A program made the position numbers and the translations under genes. From contig JBKHJZ010000003.1 of NCBI GenBank assembly GCA_046537875.1, forward strand, positions 1 through 61,774: DNA of 61,774 nt. The letters run 5' to 3'. The notes beneath the pieces were generated by a model. The model was not told where the DNA came from and searched no databases. It was given only the letters and a program-made list of their open reading frames with translations. This stretch comes from Acidimicrobiia bacterium. Lineage in GTDB: Bacteria; Actinomycetota; Acidimicrobiia; Acidimicrobiales; VFJN01. This document shows, one piece after another, positions 15,542 to 23,901 of the stretch; position 1 is the stretch's first letter; the number at the start of each line of letters is the position of its first letter.

Positions 15542-17538
15542 GGTCGACCCGCTACCGGCACCTGTTCACGCCGCTGCCGATCGGCCCGGTGGTGGTGCCG
15601 AACCGCATCGTGTTCTCGGCGCACCTCACCAACTACGCCGAGGACGGGCTGCCCACCGACCAGCACGCCGCCTACTACGCGGCGCGGGCCGCGGGCGGGG
15701 CGGGGCTGATCGTCACCGAGGAGCACTCGACCCACCCCACCGACTGGCCGTACGAGAAGCTGATCCACGGCTACCACCCCGAGGTGGTGCCCGCCTACCG
15801 CCGGATCACCGATGCCGTCCACCGGCACGGCACCCCGGTCTTCGCCCAGATCAACCACAACGGCGGGCAGGCCAGCTCGATGTACACGCGGCTGCCCGTG
15901 TGGGCGCCGTCGCCGGTGGCCGACCCCCTGTTCCGCGAGGTCGCCCACGGGGTCAGCCAGCGGGAGATCGCCGAGATCGTCGCCGGCTACGCGCTCGTGG
16001 CCGGGCACTGCAAGGCGGGGGGATTCGACGGGATCGAGCTCCAGTGCTCGCACAGCTCGATCGTGCGCGGGTTCCTCTCGCCGGCGGCGAACCACCGGAC
16101 CGACGGCTACGGCGGGTCGCTGGAGAACCGCGCCCGGCTGCTCCGCGAGATCGTCGAGGCCGTGCGGGAGGCGATCGGGCGCGACCTCGCCCTCGGGGTG
16201 CGGGTGTGCGGTGACGAGCTGATCGAGGGGGGCACGACCATCGACGAGGCCGTCGAGGTCGCCCGGATGGTCGAGGCCCAGGGCCTCACCGACTACGTGA
16301 ACACCTCGATCGGCGTGGCGACCGCCTCGCTGTTCATGATCGAGGCGTCGATGCAGGTGCCGCCCGGCTACGCGCTGTTCGTCCCGTCCGCGATCCGCAA
16401 GGCCGTCGACCTCCCGGTGGTGGGCGTGGGCCGGTTCAAGGACCCGCTCCAGGCCGACCGGGCACTGGAGGAGGGGCACTGCGACCTGGTCGGGGTGGTG
16501 CGGGGGCAGATCGCCGACGCCGACTTCGCCGCCAAGGCCCGCGCCGGGCGGGCCGAGGACATCCGGCTGTGCCTCTCGTGCAACCAGGAGTGCGTCGGCC
16601 GCATGGGCCTGAACCGCTGGCTCGGGTGCATCGAGAACCCGCTGACCGGGCGGGAGGCCGAGCGCGGGATCCCGGCGGGGCACCCGGACCGACCTCCTGC
16701 CGGTCGGGGCGATGCCGACCGGCCCCGGAGGGTGGTGGTGATCGGCGCCGGCCCCGCCGGGCTCGAAGCCGCCCGCGCCGCCGCCGAGCGCGGGCACCGG
16801 GTGACCGTGCTGGAGCGGGCCGCCGAGGCGGGGGGCCAGGTGCGGCTGGCCGCGAGCGTGGCGAGCCGAGCCGAGCTCGGCGACCTGGTGCGCAACCAGG
16901 TGCGGGCGGTCGGCCGGCTGGGGGTGGAGGTGCGCTACGGGGTGGAGGCGGACGCCGCGACCGTGCTGGCCGAGCGGCCCGACGTGGTGATCGTGGCGAC
17001 CGGCTCGTCGCCCGCCCGCCCCTGGTGGGCGCCGGGCGACGAGGCCCGCATCGTGGACGTCGTCGACGTGCTGGAGGGACGCGCCGAGCCGGCCGGTCGC
17101 GTGGTGGTGGTCGACGAGCTGGGCTTCCACCAGGCCACGTCGGTGGCCGAGCTGCTGGCCGACCGGGGCTGTGACGTCACGGTCGTGACGCCCGGGATGG
17201 TCGTGGGTCAGGACCTCGGGATCACGCTCGACATGGAGCACTGGCAGGTGCGGGCGGCGGCCAAGGGGATCGCCCAGGAGGTCGAGCTGGTGCCGATGGG
17301 CTGGGACGGCAACGGTGAGACCAACCGGCTGGTCGTGCAGCACCATCCGACCGGCGCCGAGCGCCGGTTCGACGCCGACTGGGTGGTGCTGGCGGTGCCC
17401 CCGTCGCCGGTGGACGGGCTGTACCACGAGTTGTCCGGCCGCGACGGTCTGGTCGTGCACCGGGCCGGGGACTGCGTCGCCCCCCGCCGCGCCCACGCGG
17501 CGGTGATCGAGGGCGAGCGGATCGGGGCGTCGCTGTGA
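15538..17538 (+). CDS. FadH/OYE-family flavin/iron-sulfur oxidoreductase (mycofactocin-system type 2)
   Basis: VPNRIVFSAHLTNY..., HRTDGYGGSLENRARLLREIVEAVREA, 4Fe-4S motif IRLCLSCNQECVGRMGLNRWLGC, and VVVIGAGPAGLEAARAAAERGHRVTVLER. GTGA overlap with the previous gene. Confidence 0.85.
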   Translation: MRSTRYRHLFTPLPIGPVVVPNRIVFSAHLTNYAEDGLPTDQHAAYYAARAAGGAGLIVTEEHSTHPTDWPYEKLIHGYHPEVVPAYRRITDAVHRHGTPVFAQINHNGGQASSMYTRLPVWAPSPVADPLFREVAHGVSQREIAEIVAGYALVAGHCKAGGFDGIELQCSHSSIVRGFLSPAANHRTDGYGGSLENRARLLREIVEAVREAIGRDLALGVRVCGDELIEGGTTIDEAVEVARMVEAQGLTDYVNTSIGVATASLFMIEASMQVPPGYALFVPSAIRKAVDLPVVGVGRFKDPLQADRALEEGHCDLVGVVRGQIADADFAAKARAGRAEDIRLCLSCNQECVGRMGLNRWLGCIENPLTGREAERGIPAGHPDRPPAGRGDADRPRRVVVIGAGPAGLEAARAAAERGHRVTVLERAAEAGGQVRLAASVASRAELGDLVRNQVRAVGRLGVEVRYGVEADAATVLAERPDVVIVATGSSPARPWWAPGDEARIVDVVDVLEGRAEPAGRVVVVDELGFHQATSVAELLADRGCDVTVVTPGMVVGQDLGITLDMEHWQVRAAAKGIAQEVELVPMGWDGNGETNRLVVQHHPTGAERRFDADWVVLAVPPSPVDGLYHELSGRDGLVVHRAGDCVAPRRAHAAVIEGERIGASL

Positions 17539-18500
17539 CCGCGATGGTGGCCGTGGTCGTGGTGCGAGACGGCGAGCTGCCCGCGGGTGGCGACGAGGCG
17601 GTCGCCGAGGCCGGTGGTCACGCCGTCCTGGCCGGCAGCGGCACCGAGCCGGCGGCCAAGGAGCTGCCCGGCGCCCGCCACGTCCGGTGCGCCGAGCTGG
17701 GCGACTTCGCGCCGGGCGGCTGGGCCCGGGCGCTGGCCCCGCTGGTCGCCGGGGCCGGGATCGTCGTGCTGCCCGGGAGTCCCGACGGGCGCGACCTCGC
17801 CCCCCGCCTGGCCCACGCCCTGGGGCGGCCGCTGCTGGCCGGTGCCACCGAGGTCACGCACGACCGGGTCGTGCTGGTGCGTTACGGCGGGCTCGTCTCG
17901 GAGACGCACGCGGTGACCGGTCCCGTGGTGGCCACGCTGGTGCCCGGGGTGCGCGGGGTCGAGCCCGCCGACAACGGCTCGCCCGCGGGGAACCGGACGG
18001 GCGCCCGGGTCGAGGTGGTGGACGTCCGGGTGCAAGACGACCGGCACGACGGCGTGGACGACGGCGTGCACGATGCGACGGTCGTCGAGGTGGTGCCGCC
18101 CGATCCCGGTACCGTCGACCTCGCCGACGCCCGGCGCATCGTCGCCGGCGGGGCCGGCCTCGGCGGGCCCGAGCCCTTCACGCTGCTCCCGCAGGTCGCC
18201 GCCGCTCTGGGTGCGGCGTCCGGGGCCACCCGGGTGGCGTCCGACCTCGGGTGGGCGCCCCACGACCGCTACATCGGCACCACCGGGGTGGCCGTCGATC
18301 CCGACCTCTACGTGGCGCTCGGCATCTCCGGGGCGGTGCAGCACGTGACCGGGCTCGGCAACCCGTCGCACGTCGTGGCGGTCAACACCGATCCGAGCGC
18401 CCCGATGATGGCGCTGGCCGACCTCGCGATCGTCACCGACGCCCGGGCGCTCCTCGACGCCCTCGCCGACCGGCTGGGGGTGGTCCGTGGCGGCGGATGA
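17535..18500 (+). CDS. etfA: Electron transfer flavoprotein alpha subunit (FixB-like)
   Basis: C-terminal FAD-binding signature: RIVAGGAGLGGPEPFTLLPQVAAALGAASGATRVASDLGW...IGTTGVAVDPDLYVALGISGAVQHVTGLGNPSHVVAVNTDPSAPMMALADLAIVTD. GTGA overlap with the upstream gene. Confidence 0.85.
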   Translation: MTAMVAVVVVRDGELPAGGDEAVAEAGGHAVLAGSGTEPAAKELPGARHVRCAELGDFAPGGWARALAPLVAGAGIVVLPGSPDGRDLAPRLAHALGRPLLAGATEVTHDRVVLVRYGGLVSETHAVTGPVVATLVPGVRGVEPADNGSPAGNRTGARVEVVDVRVQDDRHDGVDDGVHDATVVEVVPPDPGTVDLADARRIVAGGAGLGGPEPFTLLPQVAAALGAASGATRVASDLGWAPHDRYIGTTGVAVDPDLYVALGISGAVQHVTGLGNPSHVVAVNTDPSAPMMALADLAIVTDARALLDALADRLGVVRGGG

Positions 18501-19794
18501 GTGGGACGTGATCGTGGTGGGTGCCGGCCCGGCCGGCGCCAGCGCGGCGCTCGTGCTGGCACGCGCCGGCCGGCGGGTCGTGCTGGTCGAGCGCGGGCCC
18601 TTTCCCGGGTCGAAGAACATGTACGGCGGGGTGGTCTACGGGCGGGTGCTCGACGACCTGGTCCCCCGCTGGTGGGAGCACGTGCCGTTCCAGCGCTGGG
18701 TCACCCGGCGGCAGACCATGGCGCTCACCGGCACCCGGGCGCTGACCGTGGACTACCGGACCGACGCCTGGGGCCGCGAGCCCTACAACGGCTGCACCAC
18801 GTTCCGGGCCGACTTCGACGCCTGGTTGGCGGGGCTCGCCGAGGACGCCGGTGCCACGCTGCTGTGCGCCACCACGGTGACCGGGCTGGTGCGCGACGGC
18901 GGGTCCGGCCGGGTCACCGGGGTCACGACCGATCGGGGCGACCTGGCCGCGCCGCTCGTGATCGCCTGCGACGGCGCGAACTCGTTCCTGGCCAAGGAGG
19001 CCGGCCTGCACCCCCACGGCGACGACCCCGCCCACATGACGCTCGGCGTCAAGGAGGTGCTGGGATTCGACCGCCGCACGATCGACGAGCGCTTCGGCGT
19101 GCGGGGCGACGAGGGCGTGGACATCGAGATCCTCGGCTGCACCGGGGAGGTGCCGGGCGGGGGCTTCGTGTACACCAACGCCGAGTCGGTGAGCGTCGGT
19201 GTCGTGCTCCAGCTCTCCGCGCTGGGCGCCTCGGGAACCCGGCCCGAGGACTTCATCGCCGGCCTCGAGGCCCACCCCGCGGTGGCGCCGCTGGTCGAGG
19301 GCGGGGACGTGACCGAGTACTCCGCCCACCTGATCCCCGAGGGCGGCTACGACACCATGCCGGAGATCGTGGGCGACGGGCTGCTCGTCGCCGGCGACGC
19401 GGCCGGCCTCTGCCTGGCCGCGGGCATCTGGCTCGAGGGGGTGAACTTCGCGATCGGCTCCGGGGCCGCCGCCGGCGAGACGGCGCACGAGGCGCTGGCC
19501 GGCGCCGGCACCAGCGCCAGGGGGCTCGCCGGCTACCGGCGGCGGCTCGAGGCGAGCTTCGTGCTCCAGGACCACCGCAAGCTGCGCCGGGCGCCCGGCT
19601 TCGTGCTGTCCGACCGGGTGCAGCGCCACTACCCGCAGCTGGCGTGCGACCTGGTCGAGCAGCTGTTCACTGTGGAGAACCCCCGCCGCAAGAAGGGCGG
19701 GATGGCCGCGGCCCGCGCCGCGCTGCGCCGCAGCGACCTCCGGGTGCGCGACCTCGCCCGGGACGCCTGGACCGCCTGGAGGACGTTCGGGTGA
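18487..19794 (+). CDS. fixC: FixC-like FAD-dependent oxidoreductase (ETF:quinone oxidoreductase family)
   Basis: WDVIVVGAGPAGASAALVLARAGRRVVLVERGPFPGSKNMYGG... is the classic FixC/YdiS N-terminus, followed by ...EGVNFAIGSGAAAGE.... Confidence 0.85.
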   Translation: MAADEWDVIVVGAGPAGASAALVLARAGRRVVLVERGPFPGSKNMYGGVVYGRVLDDLVPRWWEHVPFQRWVTRRQTMALTGTRALTVDYRTDAWGREPYNGCTTFRADFDAWLAGLAEDAGATLLCATTVTGLVRDGGSGRVTGVTTDRGDLAAPLVIACDGANSFLAKEAGLHPHGDDPAHMTLGVKEVLGFDRRTIDERFGVRGDEGVDIEILGCTGEVPGGGFVYTNAESVSVGVVLQLSALGASGTRPEDFIAGLEAHPAVAPLVEGGDVTEYSAHLIPEGGYDTMPEIVGDGLLVAGDAAGLCLAAGIWLEGVNFAIGSGAAAGETAHEALAGAGTSARGLAGYRRRLEASFVLQDHRKLRRAPGFVLSDRVQRHYPQLACDLVEQLFTVENPRRKKGGMAAARAALRRSDLRVRDLARDAWTAWRTFG

Positions 19795-20108
19795 GCGGGC
19801 GAGCGAGCGGGCCGGGGCCCCGTGCGAGCGGGATCGACTTCCAGGACCGCATGGCCACCGTCGAGTTCCGGGTGGGGGAGCGCCCGCACATCACGGTCGA
19901 CGGCGACACGTGCCGGGGGTGCACCACCCGGGCGTGCGTCACCGCCTGCCCCGCCGACCTGTTCGTCCCCACCACGGACGGCGGCATCCTGTTCAACTAC
20001 GAGCAGTGCTTCGAGTGCGGCACCTGCTACATGGTCTGCAACCGCGAGGGCGCCATCACGTGGACCTACCCCGACGGCGGCCACGGCGTCGTGTTCCGGC
20101 GGTCGTGA
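19791..20108 (+). CDS. fixX: FixX-like ferredoxin-like protein
   Basis: ...ERPHITVDGDTCRGCTTRACVTACPADLFVPTTDGGILFNYEQCFECGTCYMVCNREGAITWTYPDGGHGVVFR. The GTG at 19791 overlaps the fixC stop. ATG 19851 is an alternative start. Confidence 0.8.
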   Translation: MSGRASGPGPRASGIDFQDRMATVEFRVGERPHITVDGDTCRGCTTRACVTACPADLFVPTTDGGILFNYEQCFECGTCYMVCNREGAITWTYPDGGHGVVFRRS

Positions 20109-20112
20109 GGCG

Positions 20113-20931
20113 ATGATCGGCGTCTGCCTGAAGTGGGTGGAGCGGCGGCCCGAGGTCGACCCGCTCACGGGCGAGGTGGCCACCGACCCGCGGACATCGG
20201 GCGCGAGCCCCGCCGACCAGGCGGCCCTCGAGTGGGCGTTGCGCCTGGCGGCCGCGTGGGACGACGAGGTGACGGCGCTGACCGCCGGACCGCCCGCGGC
20301 GGAGCCGGTGCTGCGGGAGGCGCTCGCCGCGGGTGCCGTCCGGGCCGTGCGCGTCGACCTGGCGGACGGCGCCTCCAGCGAGGCCACGGCGGCCGGGCTG
20401 GCCGCCGCGCTCGACGCCGCGGGGAGCGTGGCCGTCGTGTGCGGCGACTGGTCGCTCGACCGGGGGAGCGGTGCCGTGCCCGCCTACCTGGCCGCCCACC
20501 TGGGTGCCGCCCAGGCGCTCGGCCTGGTGGACCTCGACCCGGGTCCCCCCGGGCGCGTGCGGGCCGGGCGCCGGCTCGACGGCGGGCGCCGCGAGCGGCT
20601 GGCGGTGGCGGCGCCGATGGTGCTGTCGGTCGAGGGCCGGCTGCGCCTGCGGCGTGCCGGCCTGGACGGGATCCTGTCGGCCCGGGACGCGCCGATCGAG
20701 GTGCTCCCCGGGCCCCCGGCACATGCCCGGACGCCCCTCCGCACCGGCCCCTACCGACCCCGGGCGCGCGTCCTGCCGCCCCCGGGCGGGTCGTCGGCCC
20801 GCGAGCGCATCCTCGCCCTCACGGGTGCGCTGGCCGACCGGACGCCACCGGAGCAGGTCGTCCTCGACCCGGCACCGGCCGCCGACCGGCTCCTGGCCCA
20901 GCTGCGGGCCTGGGGCTACCTGGACGAGTGA
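20113..20931 (+). CDS. etfB: Electron transfer flavoprotein beta subunit (FixA-like)
   Basis: MIGVCLKWVERRPEVDPLTGEV...SPADQAALEWALRLAAAW...VTALTAGPPAAEPVLREALAAGA...VVCGDWSLDRGSGAVPAYLAAHLG follows the ETF-beta pattern. Confidence 0.8.
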   Translation: MIGVCLKWVERRPEVDPLTGEVATDPRTSGASPADQAALEWALRLAAAWDDEVTALTAGPPAAEPVLREALAAGAVRAVRVDLADGASSEATAAGLAAALDAAGSVAVVCGDWSLDRGSGAVPAYLAAHLGAAQALGLVDLDPGPPGRVRAGRRLDGGRRERLAVAAPMVLSVEGRLRLRRAGLDGILSARDAPIEVLPGPPAHARTPLRTGPYRPRARVLPPPGGSSARERILALTGALADRTPPEQVVLDPAPAADRLLAQLRAWGYLDE

Positions 20932-21617
20932 CCGCGAGCGACCCACCCGCCCGGCTGGCGGACGCCACCTGGACCGACGTCGCCGCGCGCCCACGCCTGC
21001 TGGCCGTGCCGCTGGGCTCGACCGAGCAGCACGGCCCCCACCTGCCGCTCGGAACCGACACGCTGGTGGCCTGCGCCCTGGCCGACCGGTTGGCCGCCGC
21101 CCGCCCCGACGTGGTGGTGGCGCCGGCCCTGCCGTACGGGTCGAGCGGCGAGCACGCGGGCTTTCCCGGGACGCTGTCGATCGGGCAGGAGGCCCTCGCC
21201 TCGGTGATCGTGGAGCTGGTCCGGTCGGCCGACGGGTTCCGGGGCGTGGTGCTGATCTCGGGTCACGGCGGCAACGCCGAGCCGCTGCGCCGCGCCGCCG
21301 CCACGCTGGCGTCCGAGGGGCGCCGGGTCCTGCCCTGGTCGCCGAGCGTCCCGGGTGGCGACGCGCACGCCGGGCGGACCGAGACGTCGCTGCTGCTCGC
21401 GCTCGCGCCCGCTCTGGTTCGCACGTCGGCCATCGAACCCGGGGACACCCGCCCGCTGCCGGAGCTCCTGCCGGAGCTGCGCGCGGGCGGTGTGGCCGCC
21501 GTGTCGGCCAACGGCGTCCTCGGCGACCCGCGCGGGGCGGACGCGGGCGAGGGTGAGCGCCTGCTGGATGCGCTCGCCGACGACCTGGTGCGGGCCGTGA
21601 CACGCTGGGTGTCGTGA
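20928..21617 (+). CDS. mftE: Mycofactocin biosynthesis peptidyl-dipeptidase MftE (creatininase fold)
   Basis: LLAVPLGSTEQHGPHLPLGTDT...APALPYGSSGEHAGFPGTLSI...LISGHGGN...HAGRTETS are creatinine-amidohydrolase-family metal motifs. GTGA overlap with etfB. Confidence 0.85.
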   Translation: MTASDPPARLADATWTDVAARPRLLAVPLGSTEQHGPHLPLGTDTLVACALADRLAAARPDVVVAPALPYGSSGEHAGFPGTLSIGQEALASVIVELVRSADGFRGVVLISGHGGNAEPLRRAAATLASEGRRVLPWSPSVPGGDAHAGRTETSLLLALAPALVRTSAIEPGDTRPLPELLPELRAGGVAAVSANGVLGDPRGADAGEGERLLDALADDLVRAVTRWVS

Positions 21618-22444
21618 CCACCGAGGCGACACCGCCCTCGCCCGACATCGCGACCGCACCGGTCGCGGTGATCACCGGCGCGGCGCGGGGCATCGGCGCC
21701 GCGGTCGCCCGGGGCCTGGCGGCCCAGGGGTGGCGGCTGGTGCTGGTCGATAAGTGCGCCGACGACCCGGCGCTGGGCTACCCGCTCGCCACGCGCGCCG
21801 ACCTGGCGGCCGTGGCGGCCGGGTGTGGCGGGCACGATGTCGCGGTCGACGTGGTGGCGGACGTGCGCGACCAGGCGGCGGTGACCGACGCGGTGGCGGT
21901 CGCCACCGAGCGCTTCGGGGGACTGGACGCCGCGGTCGCGGCCGCGGGCGGCCTCGCGGGCGGCGACCCGGCCTGGTCGACCGGCGACGACACCTGGGCG
22001 GCGATGATCGGCGTCAACCTGGAGGGAACGTGGCGGCTGGCCCGGGCCGCCGCGCCGGTGCTGCTCGCCCGCCCGGCGCCCCGGCACGGCCGGATCGTGG
22101 CCGTCGCGTCGGCCGGGGGCCTGGTGGGTCTGCCGTTGCTCTCCGCCTACAGCGCCGCCAAGCACGGGGTGGTCGGCCTCGTGCGGAGCCTGGCCGCCGA
22201 GCTGGGACCGCACGGCGTGACGGCCAACGCGGTGGCGCCCGGGTCGACGACCACCGACATGCTGCACGCGAGCGCCGGGGTGTACGACCTGGGGAGCCCG
22301 GCCGAGCTCCGGGTCCACCACCTGCTCGACCGCCTGCTCGAGCCGGACGAGGTGGCGGCGCTCGTCGTGTGGCTCTGCGGCCGGGCGAGCAGCGGGGTGA
22401 CCGGGGCCGTGCTCCCCGTCGACGCGGGCATGACCGCCCGGTGA
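21614..22444 (+). CDS. Short-chain dehydrogenase/reductase, mycofactocin-coupled type
   Basis: VAVITGAARGIGAAVARGLAAQGWRLVLVD (TGxxxGIG) and catalytic SAYSAAKHGVVGLVRSLA (YxxxK). Embedded between mftE and mftF with 4-nt overlaps on both sides. Confidence 0.85.
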   Translation: MTTEATPPSPDIATAPVAVITGAARGIGAAVARGLAAQGWRLVLVDKCADDPALGYPLATRADLAAVAAGCGGHDVAVDVVADVRDQAAVTDAVAVATERFGGLDAAVAAAGGLAGGDPAWSTGDDTWAAMIGVNLEGTWRLARAAAPVLLARPAPRHGRIVAVASAGGLVGLPLLSAYSAAKHGVVGLVRSLAAELGPHGVTANAVAPGSTTTDMLHASAGVYDLGSPAELRVHHLLDRLLEPDEVAALVVWLCGRASSGVTGAVLPVDAGMTAR

Positions 22445-23901
22445 GCGCCGCCTGTGCGCCGGCCGGATCGCCGGCGCGGCCCCTGCCGCCCGGCATGGCG
22501 CTGGCGCTCGACGCCGCGACCCGCCGCATCGACGGTGGGACGGTGCTGGTGGGCGGCGCCCCGCTGCGGCTGTTGCGGCTGAGCGCCGCGGGGGCGCGGC
22601 TGGTCGACCGGCTCGAGGCGGGGGAGCGGGTGCCCGACAGCGCGGCCGCTCAGCGCCTCGCCCGCCGGCTGCTCGACACTGGGATGGCCCATCCCCGGCC
22701 GGCCGGCACGGCGCGGCCGTACGGGCCGGGCGATGTCGCCGTGGTGGTCCCGACCCACGACCGGCCCGGGGGCCTGGCCCGCACGCTGGAGCGCCTGGGT
22801 TCGGTGGGCGAGGTGGTGGTGGTCGACGACGGCTCGGCCGATGCCGGGGCCACCGCGGCCGTCGCCGCCGCCGCGGGGGCACGCCTGGTGCGCCACGGCC
22901 GGTCGCGTGGCCCCGCCGCCGCCCGCAACGCAGGGTGGCGGGCCGCGGACGCGCCGGTGATCGCGTTCGTCGACGCCGATGTCGAGCCCTCCCGGGGCTG
23001 GTTGACGCCGCTCCTCGGGCACCTGGCCGACGAGGCCGTCGCCGCCGCCGCACCCCGCGTGGCCCCGCTGGTGCCGCCGGGAACCCCGGCCTGGCTCGCC
23101 GCGTACGAGCGGGTCCGGTCGCCGCTCGACCTGGGGCCGGTCGAGGCGCCGGTCCGCCCGGGCGGTCGCGTGCCCTACGTGCCGACGGCGACCCTGGTGG
23201 TCCGGCGGTCGGCGCTCGAGGACCTGGGCGGCTTCGACGAGGCGATGGCGTACGGCGAGGACGTCGACCTGGTGTGGCGGCTCGCGGCGCGCGGGGCGAC
23301 GGTGCGGTACGAGCCCGGGGCCGTGGTGCGGCACCCGGTGCGGCCGACGTTGGGTGCGTGGCTGCGCCAGCGCTACGACTACGGCTCGTCGGCGCCGCCG
23401 CTCGCGGCCCGCCACGCCGGGGCCGTGGCCCCGCTGACCGTCTCCGGGTGGAGCGCGGCCGCGTGGGCGCTGGTGCTGGCGGGCGCACCGGTCGGCGGGC
23501 TCGCGTTGGGCGCCGCCACCACCGCGGCGCTGGCCCCCAAGCTGCGGAGCCTGCGCCACCCGGTCCGGGAGGCGATCCGGCTGGCCGGGCTGGGCAACTT
23601 CGTCGCCGGGCGCCAGGTGGCCGACGCGCTCCGCCGGGCCTGGTTCCCCTTGGCGGTCGCGCTGGCTGGGAACCACCGGTCGCGGCCGGCGCTGGTGGCG
23701 GTGCTCGTCGTGCCGCCGCTGCTCGAGCGGGCCGAGCGGAGGCCGGCGCTCGCGCCGGGTCGCTGGGTGGCGCTGCGGCTCGCCGACGACCTGGCCTACG
23801 GCACCGGGGTGTGGGCCCGCTCGCTCGCGGATCGCACCACGGCGGCGCTCCGGCCGGCGTTCGCCGGCAGGTTCCCGCCGCCGGAGGGTGGTGCGTCGTG
23901 A
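22441..23901 (+). CDS. mftF: Mycofactocin glycosyltransferase MftF (GT2-like, with C-terminal membrane region)
   Basis: VAVVVPTHDRPGGLARTLERL...VVVVDDGSAD...ARNAGWRAADAPVIAFVDADV...YGEDVDLVWRL (GT2 DxD/ED motifs), followed by hydrophobic segments. The GTG at 22441 overlaps the SDR stop. Confidence 0.85.
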   Translation: MSAACAPAGSPARPLPPGMALALDAATRRIDGGTVLVGGAPLRLLRLSAAGARLVDRLEAGERVPDSAAAQRLARRLLDTGMAHPRPAGTARPYGPGDVAVVVPTHDRPGGLARTLERLGSVGEVVVVDDGSADAGATAAVAAAAGARLVRHGRSRGPAAARNAGWRAADAPVIAFVDADVEPSRGWLTPLLGHLADEAVAAAAPRVAPLVPPGTPAWLAAYERVRSPLDLGPVEAPVRPGGRVPYVPTATLVVRRSALEDLGGFDEAMAYGEDVDLVWRLAARGATVRYEPGAVVRHPVRPTLGAWLRQRYDYGSSAPPLAARHAGAVAPLTVSGWSAAAWALVLAGAPVGGLALGAATTAALAPKLRSLRHPVREAIRLAGLGNFVAGRQVADALRRAWFPLAVALAGNHRSRPALVAVLVVPPLLERAERRPALAPGRWVALRLADDLAYGTGVWARSLADRTTAALRPAFAGRFPPPEGGAS

